Of a stretch of 64,000 nucleotides of DNA, positions 9,611 to 19,956 are shown one piece after another. The DNA lies in NCBI GenBank assembly GCA_963715895.1, contig OY970284.1, positions 4,771,892 to 4,835,891 of the forward strand, read 5' to 3'. The stretch's first letter is position 1. Every line of letters begins with the position of its first letter. Below the pieces are notes generated by a model that was not told the DNA's origin, ran no database searches, and was given only the letters and a program-made list of their open reading frames with translations. A program made the position numbers and the translations under genes. This DNA is from Thermoanaerobaculia bacterium (GTDB taxonomy: Bacteria; Acidobacteriota; Thermoanaerobaculia; Gp7-AA8).

Positions 9611-10045
9611 TCAGCTCTTTGAGAACTTCCATCCTTGATCGAGCAGGGGCACGGTGGCGCAGGCGGGACCTCCGTCGCGCGCCGTGCCCGCGATTCCCGC
9701 CTCGATGAAACCGCCAATGACCGCTTTCGCGATCATCGGCCAGGTGATTCCAGCAAGCGGGATCTTCGCGCGGCGCGTCCAGCGCGACACCGTTTCACCA
9801 GCCATCGTGCCGGAATTGACGTAGACGAATCTGCCGTCGACCGGACCCTGCGCGAACGGCCCGAGGAAGTTTGGACTTCCATCGGGCCGGTCGTTGCGGA
9901 CTCGCATCGGGAGCTCGAACACCATCTCGCGCGCACTGGCGCGACGCGGATCGAGGAGCTCGCTCTTGCCGCGCTGAACCTTGAAGCAGACCCCAGCCGG
10001 CGGCTCCCTGACGGTGATCCTGATCGAAACTTCCTGATCGTCCAT
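9611..10045 (-). CDS. Hypothetical protein (DUF-type), co-oriented downstream of the GT39 glycosyltransferase
   Basis: 144 aa, balanced composition, no TM; begins MDDQEVSIRITV... Confidence 0.45.
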   Translation of the reverse strand: MDDQEVSIRITVREPPAGVCFKVQRGKSELLDPRRASAREMVFELPMRVRNDRPDGSPNFLGPFAQGPVDGRFVYVNSGTMAGETVSRWTRRAKIPLAGITWPMIAKAVIGGFIEAGIAGTARDGGPACATVPLLDQGWKFSKS

Positions 10046-10090
10046 GCCGGCTTCGATCTTATCTAAACGGAGCGCTGGCGTCTCGCCGGC

Positions 10091-11848
10091 CTACTCCGGA
10101 CCGAAGGAAAGGCATTTGACCGACATGCCCATCGCCGGCGGATCTACCGATAGATCGAGCATGTTCGGCATACCCTTCGGAGCGGGAGTGAGGTGGTATT
10201 CGCGGTCGTCGTCATCAATCGACGGCGTGAACCGATCGACGAGCTGCCCGTTGAGCGTGATCGAGACCGTGACATGCGCCGCAAGCAGCGCCTGCGGAAA
10301 ACGAAACTCGATGCGCAGAATCGTGGGGCCGGCCGATGGCGGAAGTCTCGTCAGCGAGTGGCCGGACATCGTACGCAGCTCCACCGATCCCTGGCCGTGT
10401 GGTGCCTCCCAGCCGGCCATGAATTGAGGCATGGCGCGCACGGGGATCAGTCCGGCGTCGAAGTAGTGCCGGCGGGCAATGTTCCAGAGGTGTCCGCGCT
10501 GGCGATGGAAGAGGAATCCATCGCGGTCGTCAGAATCGGCCTCCGCCAGGATCCAGGCGCGGCGGTTGTCGATCGAGAGCGGCAAGGCGCGCTTGTCGAG
10601 GACGTGGACGAACGCATAGTCCGGCAGCAGATACTGGAAGAACGGGTCCATGTCGCGGGCCACGAAGAGCTGGTCGGCGCGCGGGTCGAGATGCTGCGTC
10701 ACCGCTTCGACGGCGAGCAACGACGGCGCCATCGTCTCCCGAACGGATGCCAGGGCCGGCAGGGTCCAGAAAAAGAAGGAGACGATGAGCGCCGCGCCGG
10801 CGACCGGCTCCGCGCGCGGCCAGGCGCGGGTGAGCCGGCGGATTCCATCCGCGGCAAGGATGGCGAAGAGCGGACAGTAGCCGATGGAAAAACGGTTGAT
10901 GCTATAGCGGTCGAGCATCATCCAGGCGAGAACGGCAAAGGGTCCGAAACAGAGTGCGAGCCAGCCGATGGCGCGGTCGCGCGACGCAATGGCTCCGGCG
11001 ATGGCGACGGCGACGAAGATCGAGGTGATAAAGCCCAGCGCCAGCGATTCGTATTGCTTGATGAAGAAGCGGTCGAAGAGGCGCCAGAGCGGCGGGCGGG
11101 CCGGACTGCGGAAGGAGTCGACCCGGGTGATGTATTCGCCGTGCTCCTTCGCCGCGTCGAAATACGGCCGGGCGCCGCCCGTGGCCGCCATGGCGCCGCC
11201 GAAGGCGACGCCGACCGTGACCGCGCCGACCAGCGCGGCGAAGACGACATCGCGCCACGCGGCACGCGCGCGATACCACGTCGCCAATGCACCAGGGGCC
11301 AGACCGATCAGGAAGTTCTGCGGACGGATGCCGGCTGCAAGCGCCAGCAACGCCGCTCCGATGAGATAGGCGTTGGCGTCGCGGCATCCGCGAAAGAGGA
11401 AGCCTACGGCGAAGACGACCAGGACGAGCGACGGGATGTCGCTGAAGGCTCCCCCGCCGAAGAACCAGACGTTCGGGAAGAAGGCGCACAGCGCGCCGGC
11501 GATGGCCGCCGTGACGAATGGCAGGCGAAGCTCGCGCGCCAGAAAGAAGATCGCCGGAAAGACGAGCATCCCCGCGATGAGGTTGACGGCCTGCAGCGCA
11601 CGGAAATCGCTGTGGATGACGGTGCGGGCGATGCGGCCGAGGGCGATGTAGACCGGGAAGCCGGGTGGATGGGGATGGTGGCTCGTTACGTCATACGACC
11701 GCATTCCGAGGCAGAAGAGCGCCTCGTCCCAGTCCCAGAGAGTGCGCGCCATCGCCAGGAAGCGCGTCGCCGCGCAGACGAGCGCGATGAGGCCGAAGGT
11801 CCGGCGCTGGCGAGGCGTCAGAGTTGGTGGTGGTTGGGTGAGGTCCAT
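10091..11848 (-). CDS. Glycosyltransferase family 39 (ArnT/PMT-like) integral membrane protein
   Basis: About 586 aa from ATG at 11848 (MDLTQPPP...). More than 10 TM helices in the N-terminal half with the DE-containing first-loop motif (LWDWDEALF) typical of GT-C/GT39 enzymes; C-terminal soluble domain. Confidence 0.7.
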   Translation of the reverse strand: MDLTQPPPTLTPRQRRTFGLIALVCAATRFLAMARTLWDWDEALFCLGMRSYDVTSHHPHPPGFPVYIALGRIARTVIHSDFRALQAVNLIAGMLVFPAIFFLARELRLPFVTAAIAGALCAFFPNVWFFGGGAFSDIPSLVLVVFAVGFLFRGCRDANAYLIGAALLALAAGIRPQNFLIGLAPGALATWYRARAAWRDVVFAALVGAVTVGVAFGGAMAATGGARPYFDAAKEHGEYITRVDSFRSPARPPLWRLFDRFFIKQYESLALGFITSIFVAVAIAGAIASRDRAIGWLALCFGPFAVLAWMMLDRYSINRFSIGYCPLFAILAADGIRRLTRAWPRAEPVAGAALIVSFFFWTLPALASVRETMAPSLLAVEAVTQHLDPRADQLFVARDMDPFFQYLLPDYAFVHVLDKRALPLSIDNRRAWILAEADSDDRDGFLFHRQRGHLWNIARRHYFDAGLIPVRAMPQFMAGWEAPHGQGSVELRTMSGHSLTRLPPSAGPTILRIEFRFPQALLAAHVTVSITLNGQLVDRFTPSIDDDDREYHLTPAPKGMPNMLDLSVDPPAMGMSVKCLSFGPE

Positions 11849-11850
11849 GT

Positions 11851-11998
11851 AGGTTGCTGGGTTGCTAAGTTGCTGGGTTGCTTGGTCTCGCAGTCTCGCG
11901 GTTTCGCGGTCTCGGGGGTGTTTTGGCCGAATGTCACCCCGCGCGACTTCCAAACCACGAGACCTCGCAACCCAGCAACCCTGCAACGCAGCAACCCA
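11851..11998. repeat. Dispersed GGTTGC/GCAACC inverted-repeat element, copy 1
   Basis: Left arm AGGTTGCTGGGTTGCTAAGTTGCTGGGTTGCTTGGTCTCG and right arm CGAGACCTCGCAACCCAGCAACCCTGCAACGCAGCAACCCAG are reverse complements; arms are built from tandem GTTGCT(G/A)G octamers; about 65-bp GC-rich centre. Confidence 0.65.
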
Positions 11999-12005
11999 GA
12001 AACCG

Positions 12006-14141
12006 TCACCGATAAAACTTCCCATCCTTCTCCGCCAGCTTCCGCAGGGCAGCTGTGGCCAGGAAGCGCTTGCCGTGTTTCTGGGCCAGATCGTCGAGGC
12101 GCGCCAGGATGTACGGCAGGCCGAGCGTGTCGGCGTAACGCAGCAGACCACCGCGGAAGGGCGGGAAGCCGGTGCCCATGATCATGGCCAGATCGAGCTC
12201 GGCGGCCGATGCGACGATCTTCTCGTCGAGGATCATCGCTGCTTCGTTCACCATGGCGAAAATCATCCGCTCCACGACCGCCTGCGCATCGGCGGGATGC
12301 GTCGACTTGATGTTGAGGAGCTTGTACACCGAGGGATCCGGACCCTGGCGCTTGCCGGCTTCGTAGAGGTAGAGACCCTTGCCGTTCTTCTTGCCGAAGC
12401 GTCCGTCATCGTAAAGCGCCGCTACGACGTGCGACGGCTCCATCCGCTCGCCGAACGCGGCGCTGAGGATTTTGGCCACCTTCGCGGCGACGTCGATCCC
12501 CACCTCGTCGAGAAGTGCCATCGGCCCCATCGGCATCCCGAAGTCGACCATCGCTTTGTCGATCGACTCGATGGCGTTCCCCTCTTCGAGGATGAAGCCG
12601 GACTCGTTCATGTAGGGCCCGAGGATGCGGTTGACGACGAAGCCGGGTCCGTCGTTGCAGTAGACGACGGTCTTTCCGAGCTTGCGGGCGAAGTTGGCCA
12701 CCGTGACCATGGCGGCGTCGGAGGTCTTGGCGCCGCGGATGACTTCGACGAGCGGCATGCGGTCGACGGGATTGAAGAAGTGCATGCCGACGACGTTCTG
12801 CGGTCTGGCCGCCTGCGCGGCGATGTCGGTGATGGGGATGGTTGAGGTGTTCGTGGCAAAGACGGCGTTCGGGCCGGCCACCGCCTCGAATTCGCTCAGC
12901 ACCTGGCGTTTGATGTCGATGTTCTCGACGACCGCTTCCACGACGAGGCCGACCCGTTCGAAACCGTTCCAGTCGATGGCCGTCGTAATGCGGGCCAGCT
13001 TGCGCTGCATCTCACCGCGGGTCATGCGCCGCCGGTCGACTTTCTTCTTCCAGATTCGGGCGGCAGCTTTCAATCCGCCAGCGATCGCTTTCCAGTTGAT
13101 GTCGCGCATGCGCACCGCGGCGTCGGTCTTGTCGGCGATGAGCTGCGCGATCCCGCCGCCCATGATCCCCGCCCCAAGCACGCCGGCATCACGGACCTCG
13201 GCGGGCGCCGCCGCGATCCGCTCCTTCTTCGACTCCTCCATCATGAAGAAGAGGCGGATGAGGTTCTGGGCGACGTCGCCGGCCGCGCCGGTGATGAGCG
13301 GAACGACCTCCTCGACTTCCCGCGCCAGTCCGCGCTCGACGCCGTTGGACATGCCGTACTCCATGACGTCGATCGCTTTCAACGGCGCCGGGTAGTGGCC
13401 GTGTGTCGCTTCGAGAACAGACTTGCGCGCTTTGCCGAAAATGACGCGGCGCGCCAGCGGATTCCCCTCGACGTAGAACTTGGTCCGGTCGCTTCCCCTC
13501 CGTTTCGGTTTCAAGGAGAACTGTCTGGCGATGTCGAGCAGGATCGGAGCGGGGACGACTTCATCGACCAGTCCAACGCGTTTGGCCCGCTTGCCGTCGA
13601 GCGTCTTTCCCTGAAGGATGATGTCGAGCGCTCCCGGAAGGCCGATGAGGCGCGGCAGCCTGGTCACGCCGCCCCACGCGGGGAAGATGCCGAGCTTCGT
13701 CTCCGGCAATCCGATCTGCGCCTTCGGGCTGTCGGACATGACGCGGTAGTCACAACTAATGGCCAGCTCGCAGCCGCCGCCGAGCGCGGCGCCGTTGATG
13801 GCGGCAACGGTGACCTGCGGCAGTTTCGAGAAGCGATGAATGGTTTGCTGTCCGAAGCGGGTGTACTCCGCGGCCTGGTCCGCCGAGGTGACCTTGGAGA
13901 ACTCGCTGACGTCGGCGCCGGCGATGAAAATGGACGGTTTGCCTGAAGCGAGGATGATGCGTTTGACCTCGCCGTCGCGCTCGAGCTCATCGACGACGGA
14001 GGCAAACTCCACCATCACCGTCGAGGAGAATTTGTTGACCTTCTCGCCGGGGAGATCGAACCAGACGATGGCCAGGTTGCCGTCGCGCTCGATCCGGAAT
14101 GCGGACGCCGTCCGCGGGGGCGTTTCAACCAGGGTAGTCAT
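12006..14141 (-). CDS. fadB: Fatty-acid oxidation complex alpha subunit (enoyl-CoA hydratase / 3-hydroxyacyl-CoA dehydrogenase)
   Basis: 711 aa; N-terminal crotonase fold, central NAD-binding GxGxxG (GAGIMGGGIA), C-terminal 3HCDH domain; FadB/FadJ architecture. Confidence 0.9.
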   Translation of the reverse strand: MTTLVETPPRTASAFRIERDGNLAIVWFDLPGEKVNKFSSTVMVEFASVVDELERDGEVKRIILASGKPSIFIAGADVSEFSKVTSADQAAEYTRFGQQTIHRFSKLPQVTVAAINGAALGGGCELAISCDYRVMSDSPKAQIGLPETKLGIFPAWGGVTRLPRLIGLPGALDIILQGKTLDGKRAKRVGLVDEVVPAPILLDIARQFSLKPKRRGSDRTKFYVEGNPLARRVIFGKARKSVLEATHGHYPAPLKAIDVMEYGMSNGVERGLAREVEEVVPLITGAAGDVAQNLIRLFFMMEESKKERIAAAPAEVRDAGVLGAGIMGGGIAQLIADKTDAAVRMRDINWKAIAGGLKAAARIWKKKVDRRRMTRGEMQRKLARITTAIDWNGFERVGLVVEAVVENIDIKRQVLSEFEAVAGPNAVFATNTSTIPITDIAAQAARPQNVVGMHFFNPVDRMPLVEVIRGAKTSDAAMVTVANFARKLGKTVVYCNDGPGFVVNRILGPYMNESGFILEEGNAIESIDKAMVDFGMPMGPMALLDEVGIDVAAKVAKILSAAFGERMEPSHVVAALYDDGRFGKKNGKGLYLYEAGKRQGPDPSVYKLLNIKSTHPADAQAVVERMIFAMVNEAAMILDEKIVASAAELDLAMIMGTGFPPFRGGLLRYADTLGLPYILARLDDLAQKHGKRFLATAALRKLAEKDGKFYR

Positions 14142-14144
14142 CGG

Positions 14145-15971
14145 TCAGGCCCGTTTTCCTTCACGTTCATCTTCCAGGTTCTCGTCGATGAAGAGCTGGT
14201 CGATGATCTCTTTGTATTTCTTGTCGATCATCTTCCGCTTCACCTTCAGCGAGGGGGTGATCTCATCGTCGTCGATGGTGAAGTCACGCGGCAGAAGGGC
14301 GAAGCGGCGGATCTTCTCCTGGCGGTCGAGGTTCAGATTGAAGCGGTCGACCTCGGTCTGGTAGATCTGCTGAACCTTCTCGTCGGCGATCAACTCCTGG
14401 CGCGAATTGAACTGCACGCCCATGCCCTTGGCGTCGCGCTCGAGCTTGTCGAAATTGGGGACGAGCAGCGCCACAAGGTATTTGCGCCGGTCGCCGATGA
14501 GAACGGGCGTGCCGATGTACGGGGAGCTCTTCAGCAGTGCTTCCAGCGGCTGCGGCGCGATGTTCTTTCCGTAGGCGTTGATGATGATGTCTTTCTTCCG
14601 GTCGGTGATCTTGAGGAAGCCGTCGGCATCGATCTCGCCGATGTCGCCGGTGTGGAACCATCCGTCGGGATCGATGGCCTGGCGCGTGGCGTCGTCGTTG
14701 TTCCAGTAGCCCTTCATGATGTGCGGGCCGCGGCTGAGGATTTCGCCGTCTTCGGCGATCTTCACCTCCACTCCGGGGATGATGCGGCCGACAGTGCCGA
14801 CCCGGCGCGCCCCCGGCGTGTTGACGGCGATGACCGGGGATGTTTCGGTGAGACCGTAGCCTTCGTAGATATCGAGCCCGGCTCCAATGAAGAACGCGGC
14901 CAGCTCCGCCGACAAAGGAGCGCCGCCCGAGAGAACCATCTTCACACGGCCACCGAGACGGTCGAGGATCTTGCGGAAGACAAGCTTGTCGGCGATGGCC
15001 GATTTGAAGCTGAGTCCGAACGGCATCGGCTTGCCGCTGAGGCGATACGGCAGGCGCTGCTCGGCGATTCCCAGCGCCCACCGGAAGATCTTCTGCTTCG
15101 ATGCCGGCTGGACGGCCACGTTGTCCAGAATGGCCGTGCGCATCTTTTCGAAAAGGCGTGGCACGGCGGCGAAGAGGTGCGGCCGTATCTCGCGCAGGTT
15201 ATCGCTGACTTTCAGGACGCTCTCGGCATAGGCGATGGTGCACCCGCGGTAAAAGTAACAGTAGTCGCCCATCCGCTCGAGGATGTGCGAGAGCGGCAGG
15301 ATGGAGAGGCCGATCATGCCGTGCGCGATCGGCAGCACATTGCAGGTTGCCAGCACGTTGCTGGCGACGTTGCCGTGCGTCAGCATGGCCCCCTTCGGAT
15401 TGCCGGTCGTCCCCGAGGTGTAGACGAGCGTTGCTACGTCGCCGGGCGCCGGCTTGGCGCGCAGATCGTCGAAGCGGGCCCGGGCGGCGGCATCATCGGC
15501 GCTCCGGCCGGTGCCGACGACCGCTTCGAAGCTGAGCACGCCGTCCGGCAGCGTCGCCGGCCGGTCGCAGACGATGACGTTGTGGATGTGCGGGCAGTGG
15601 TCGCGGATGCCGGCCACCTTCTTCATCTGTTCTTCGTTCGAGCAGATGACGGCCACGGCGCCGGAGTCGTTGAGGATGTACTCGATCTGCCAGCCGAGCA
15701 GCGTCGGGTAGACCGGAACGGTGATGGCCGCGCTGGCCAGGATGGCGAAATCGGCCATCGCCCACTCCGGGCGATTCTCCGAGAGGATGGCTACGCGGTC
15801 GCCGGGCTTGAGACCGAGATGGAAAAGGCCGGTTGCGAAGTAGCGAACGGTGTCACGGAACTCGTCGACGCTGGTGTCGACCCAGCGACCGCCGCGTTTG
15901 TACTTGGTCGCCGCCGGCCGCTCCAGCGCGCAGGTGACGGTATAGATGTCGTTGAGAGTCTTGATCTCCAT
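14145..15971 (-). CDS. fadD: Long-chain fatty acid--CoA ligase (AMP-dependent synthetase)
   Basis: 608 aa; AMP-binding signature (YTSGTTGNPKGAMLTHGN), long-chain FACS-type linker; directly downstream of fadB-like gene. Confidence 0.9.
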   Translation of the reverse strand: MEIKTLNDIYTVTCALERPAATKYKRGGRWVDTSVDEFRDTVRYFATGLFHLGLKPGDRVAILSENRPEWAMADFAILASAAITVPVYPTLLGWQIEYILNDSGAVAVICSNEEQMKKVAGIRDHCPHIHNVIVCDRPATLPDGVLSFEAVVGTGRSADDAAARARFDDLRAKPAPGDVATLVYTSGTTGNPKGAMLTHGNVASNVLATCNVLPIAHGMIGLSILPLSHILERMGDYCYFYRGCTIAYAESVLKVSDNLREIRPHLFAAVPRLFEKMRTAILDNVAVQPASKQKIFRWALGIAEQRLPYRLSGKPMPFGLSFKSAIADKLVFRKILDRLGGRVKMVLSGGAPLSAELAAFFIGAGLDIYEGYGLTETSPVIAVNTPGARRVGTVGRIIPGVEVKIAEDGEILSRGPHIMKGYWNNDDATRQAIDPDGWFHTGDIGEIDADGFLKITDRKKDIIINAYGKNIAPQPLEALLKSSPYIGTPVLIGDRRKYLVALLVPNFDKLERDAKGMGVQFNSRQELIADEKVQQIYQTEVDRFNLNLDRQEKIRRFALLPRDFTIDDDEITPSLKVKRKMIDKKYKEIIDQLFIDENLEDEREGKRA

Positions 15972-16013
15972 CCGCGGACCCCCCGATTGTGGAGTAAGCC
16001 CGGATCATAGCTC

Positions 16014-17339
16014 CTAAGCGACTTTGATCCATCGCCACAATTCGGGAATGGTCGGACGCTTTCCGTAGGAGAGGATGCCCACCCGGAAAATCTTGGCCGT
16101 GACGTAGAAGAAAACGGCGATGGTGGCGATGGAAACGCCGATGGAAACGAGAATGTGCCATATCGGCGGCTCGGAGACCAGCGTCCGGACGAACATCGTG
16201 ATCGGTCCGTAGACCGGCGCCATCGAGAGCGCGACGGAGAGAGGCGAGTCAGGGTTGGTGATGATGGCGAACATGATGAACCACGGCAGCATCATCACCA
16301 TCTGGATCGGCGCGACGAGTTGCTGCGCCTCCTTGTCGGTGTTGCAGGCCGCCCCGGCGATGGCGTAGATGCAGACGAAGGTCAGGTAGCCGAGGATGAA
16401 GAAAAGGGCGAAGTAGACAAAGACCATCGGCCGCAGGAACTGGGAGATGTCGAACCCGGCCATCATGGCGCTGGCGGCGCCAAACGCGCCCACCGCGGCG
16501 ATGAGGGTCAGCCAGACGGTGACCTGGGTGAGGCCAACCGCGGCCACGCCAAGGATCTTGCCCGTGAGCAGCTCGCGCGGCGACATCGACGAGATCAGCA
16601 CTTCCACGATGCGCTCGCTCTTCTCCTGCACGATGCCGCGCATCGTCTCCAGTCCATAGATAAAGGAGGGGATGATGAGAAGGGCGGCGAAGATGAAGCC
16701 GATGATGAAATTGGCCTCGCTCCCCTTCTTCTGCTGGCCGCTTCGCGAAAGCTGCACGCTGTCGAATGGAACTTCGCGCGTCAGGGTGTCGACGACATTG
16801 GGGTCGATGCCGCGCCCCGTGAGCCGCTGACGCTGGATGGAACGGTTGGCGACGGAGGCCAGCCGCTCCTGCGTGAAGAGATCGGTTGACGACCGGCTGT
16901 AGAAGGTCATCTTTGCATCGCTGCCGTCGAAGGCGTTGGCAGGAATCACCAGGACGGCGTCGAGTCCGTTGTCCGCCTTCTTGTCGACGTAGAGGCGGTC
17001 GAGATAGGGCTTCGAGGCCGCGGTGAGATCGGACAGCCGGTGCGCATCTTCATAGACGACGTCGATCGACTGGGGCAGTTGTCCGCGGTTGCCGCCGGAG
17101 AGCGCCTTCTTCGGATCGGGGGCGGCCGGCTCGAGTTGGTGTGAAAACGAGCCGCGCAGCTCGCCGGTTCCATCGATGACCGCCACCTTCTTGCCGCCCA
17201 GACCCCGCGCCACCATGAGGCCCGGCACGATGAAAAGCGCGGCCATCAGGACCGGAAAGAAGAGGGTCATGAAGATGAACATCTTCTTCCGGACAGCCTG
17301 GAGATACTCGCGCTTGATGACTGCCAGCATTTTGTTCAT
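16014..17339 (-). CDS. ABC-2 family transporter permease
   Basis: 441 aa; N-terminal TM, large extracytoplasmic loop, then 5 C-terminal TM helices; start overlaps the ATPase gene stop (ATGA). Confidence 0.8.
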   Translation of the reverse strand: MNKMLAVIKREYLQAVRKKMFIFMTLFFPVLMAALFIVPGLMVARGLGGKKVAVIDGTGELRGSFSHQLEPAAPDPKKALSGGNRGQLPQSIDVVYEDAHRLSDLTAASKPYLDRLYVDKKADNGLDAVLVIPANAFDGSDAKMTFYSRSSTDLFTQERLASVANRSIQRQRLTGRGIDPNVVDTLTREVPFDSVQLSRSGQQKKGSEANFIIGFIFAALLIIPSFIYGLETMRGIVQEKSERIVEVLISSMSPRELLTGKILGVAAVGLTQVTVWLTLIAAVGAFGAASAMMAGFDISQFLRPMVFVYFALFFILGYLTFVCIYAIAGAACNTDKEAQQLVAPIQMVMMLPWFIMFAIITNPDSPLSVALSMAPVYGPITMFVRTLVSEPPIWHILVSIGVSIATIAVFFYVTAKIFRVGILSYGKRPTIPELWRWIKVA

Positions 17340-18253
17340 CGAATGGACTCCATCGTCTCGGCGCCGACCTGCTCGATGAAGATTTCCTCGAGAGAGGGCG
17401 AGGCAATCTCGAATCTGCGGATCCGCAACCGCCCCATCGTCGCTTCCAGGATGTGCTGGGGATCGGCGCCTTCCACGAGGCTCAGTTCGGCGCCATTGTT
17501 GCCGATCATGGCGCGCTTGACCTCCGGAAGATTCTCGAGGAAGGCGCCATCGCCTTCGTAGTCGATGTGCAGCGTGTTCTTACCGAAGGAGTTGCGGACC
17601 TCGTCGAGACCTCCGGAGAGGACGATCTTCCCTTTGTGAATGAGGATGATGTCGTCAGCCATCCGCTCGGCTTCCGCCATCATGTGAGTGGAGAGAAGGA
17701 TCGTCCTCCCCTCCTCCTTCAGTTCACGAAGAAGGTCGCGGACGAGAAGCATGTTGACGGGGTCGAGACCCGACTGCGGCTCGTCGAGGATGATGAGGTC
17801 GGGATCGTGCAGAAGGGTACCGATGAGCTGGACTTTCTGCTGGTTGCCCTTCGACAGCTCTTCTACCTTGGCGTCCCGCTTGTCCCACAACTCGAAGCGT
17901 TTGAGCCATCGCTCCGCTGACGGGGCGACGGAACTGCCGCGGCACCCTTTGATCTCGGCGAGAAAGAGAAGGTGCTCCTTCACTTTCATCTGCCGGTAGA
18001 GCCCGCGCTCTTCCGGAAGGTAGCCGATGCGGTCCCGCGCATCCCTTTCGCTGCCGAGCCACTCGATCGATCCGGCATCGGGGAAGAAGACACCGGTAAT
18101 CATCCGGATGGTCGTCGTCTTCCCGGCGCCGTTGCGGCCGAGCAACCCGGTAATCGTGCCGCGCTGGACGGTGAACGAGATTCCGTCCACCGCCCGCACG
18201 GCGCCAAAAGTCTTCACTACGTCCCGCACGGACAAAACGACCGACATACGCAA
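17336..18253 (-). CDS. ABC transporter ATP-binding protein
   Basis: Walker A (GRNGAGKTT), ABC signature (LSKGNQQKV), Walker B (ILDEPQSGLD), H-loop. Confidence 0.9.
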   Translation of the reverse strand: MRMSVVLSVRDVVKTFGAVRAVDGISFTVQRGTITGLLGRNGAGKTTTIRMITGVFFPDAGSIEWLGSERDARDRIGYLPEERGLYRQMKVKEHLLFLAEIKGCRGSSVAPSAERWLKRFELWDKRDAKVEELSKGNQQKVQLIGTLLHDPDLIILDEPQSGLDPVNMLLVRDLLRELKEEGRTILLSTHMMAEAERMADDIILIHKGKIVLSGGLDEVRNSFGKNTLHIDYEGDGAFLENLPEVKRAMIGNNGAELSLVEGADPQHILEATMGRLRIRRFEIASPSLEEIFIEQVGAETMESIR

Positions 18254-18309
18254 TCTCCCTGGAGGCTGAGGTCGGCGTATTGTACGAGAGGGCGGAGAGT
18301 GGGTTCTGA

Positions 18310-18492
18310 TCAGGGATGCGGGAATGACGGATCTTCGGTCACCACCGGCATGAAGATCTTCTTGAGCTTCAGGATGATCCGCTCAATCGGACCTGTCGGC
18401 GAATCGCTCTTCGGCGCAGCAAAAGCTGGAGCGACCGCAAGGAAAACAGTCAGAACGAGAACAGAAATGCGAAGTGCACCACGACGATACAT
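18310..18492 (-). CDS. Possible small secreted peptide
   Basis: 60 aa with clean signal peptide (ISVLVLTVFLAVAPAFAAP); in a 360-bp gap; weak support. Confidence 0.25.
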   Translation of the reverse strand: MYRRGALRISVLVLTVFLAVAPAFAAPKSDSPTGPIERIILKLKKIFMPVVTEDPSFPHP

Positions 18493-18612
18493 ACACCCTC
18501 CTCGGGGGCTCGTATGAGCCGATTAGTTTGAGGGCGCCCTACAAGGAGGAGTGTTTGAGCGAGACTTTTCCCTACCCTAAACTTTGAAGAAACTTGCCCG
18601 ACGCCGGCGGAC

Positions 18613-19956
18613 TCAGCTTGGCAGGCTGGCGAACATCGTGTGCGGGCCGCGGGGCAGGCACTCGAAATACGCACGCGAATCCCGGATATCGGCAAGCGTG
18701 AGCGTGCTGCGGGCAGCAGCCTCCCTGAGCGTCGCCAGGGCCGTCAAAGCTCCTTCCGTGAAGGCCAGATTCGCCGAATGGAAGTAATCCATGGCCACTT
18801 TGCAGGCGTCGGGAATCTCGGCGACCCGATCGAGCGCGAGCAGCGACTCGGCCATGTCGACGGCGACGAGCGCGACGTCGACCTCCATGCCGAGGTCGCG
18901 GAACTCGTCCTGAATCTCCGGGAGGATCTTGAGCGCTTCGACGTGGCGCTGTTGCGCCGCGAGAAGCCGCGCCAGGTTCCAACGCGATTTGACCCGATGC
19001 GAAACCATCTGCTGGCGGTCGAAGGCGTCGATGGCCTTCATCGTGTACTGAATCGATTCATCGAAGGCACCGAGCTCGCGATAGCACAGCGCGGCGTTGT
19101 GCATGGACGAGGCGCGCCAACGCGGGTCGACACGGTGGTCGTCGGCCAGAGCCGTGTGGATGGCCACCGCCTCCTGATAGCGGCGGGCGTGGTACAGGAT
19201 GATCGCTTCGGCCGATCGGGCCGCGGCATGACGGCCGAAATCGTCGTACTCCTCGAATACCCGTCCGGCATCGTGAGCGATGAACAGAGCCTCGTCACGC
19301 CGCTCCAGCGTCCGGTACACCAGAACGCGCACGAGATTGAGACGTGCCCGGTCGAATTCCGATCCGATGGTCGGCTCGAGAGCATCGGCCGCGGCAAGCG
19401 CCCCCATGGCCTCCGTATACGCTCCGGTGCACATGAGCGCATACGCCCGCTCCAGAAGAGCGGCGAAGCGGAGACGCGCCACGAATGTGGCCGGGTACTC
19501 GGCGATCAGCAGACCGTCGGCGATCTCGACCGCCAGGCGGGTGATTTCGACGGCATCGGCCGGCATCATGTCGATGGCCCGGTCCGTGGCCGCGATCAAC
19601 TTCCTGACCACGCCCGCCGTCCGCCACTCGGGATGCTGCGCCAGCCGAGGCGCCCAGGTGTCGCGCGATCCGGCCAGAAGCTGCCTGGCGTAGAGGTCCG
19701 CGGCGGCGTCTTCGCTTTTCATCGCTTTCTGGACACCGCGCAGGAAGGCCAGGCTCTCCGCGCGAGGGGTATTCGAAAACGACTGCGGCTCCCACACATC
19801 GCCGTGTTTCAGGAGCGTGGCCGTGCCGCGGAGGGAATCGAGTGTCCGCTTGCAGAGCGAACAGCCGGCGAGATGCTTGTCCCGCGCCGCGGAATCGATC
19901 GGCTCGCCGAGGAACCCGGCAAGCACTTCCTCATCGTAGTGCTGTTCGATCATCAT
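18613..19956 (-). CDS. Anti-sigma factor with zf-HC2 zinc finger and TPR-like helical domain
   Basis: N-terminal H-x3-C-x2-C motif (HLAGCSLCKR) typical of zf-HC2 anti-sigma factors; long all-alpha, TPR-like remainder; start overlaps ECF sigma stop (ATGA). Confidence 0.65.
   Translation of the reverse strand: MMIEQHYDEEVLAGFLGEPIDSAARDKHLAGCSLCKRTLDSLRGTATLLKHGDVWEPQSFSNTPRAESLAFLRGVQKAMKSEDAAADLYARQLLAGSRDTWAPRLAQHPEWRTAGVVRKLIAATDRAIDMMPADAVEITRLAVEIADGLLIAEYPATFVARLRFAALLERAYALMCTGAYTEAMGALAAADALEPTIGSEFDRARLNLVRVLVYRTLERRDEALFIAHDAGRVFEEYDDFGRHAAARSAEAIILYHARRYQEAVAIHTALADDHRVDPRWRASSMHNAALCYRELGAFDESIQYTMKAIDAFDRQQMVSHRVKSRWNLARLLAAQQRHVEALKILPEIQDEFRDLGMEVDVALVAVDMAESLLALDRVAEIPDACKVAMDYFHSANLAFTEGALTALATLREAAARSTLTLADIRDSRAYFECLPRGPHTMFASLPS

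Noticed and set aside
10193-12181. 662-aa plus-strand ORF antisense to the GT39 glycosyltransferase
   Set aside because: Extreme Arg/Glu/Asp/Gly composition; it mirrors a real membrane-protein gene on the other strand and is a GC-skew artefact. The same reasoning rejects 5178-6107, 5605-6522, 36398-38395, 28611-30053, 59756-61444 and similar long antisense ORFs.
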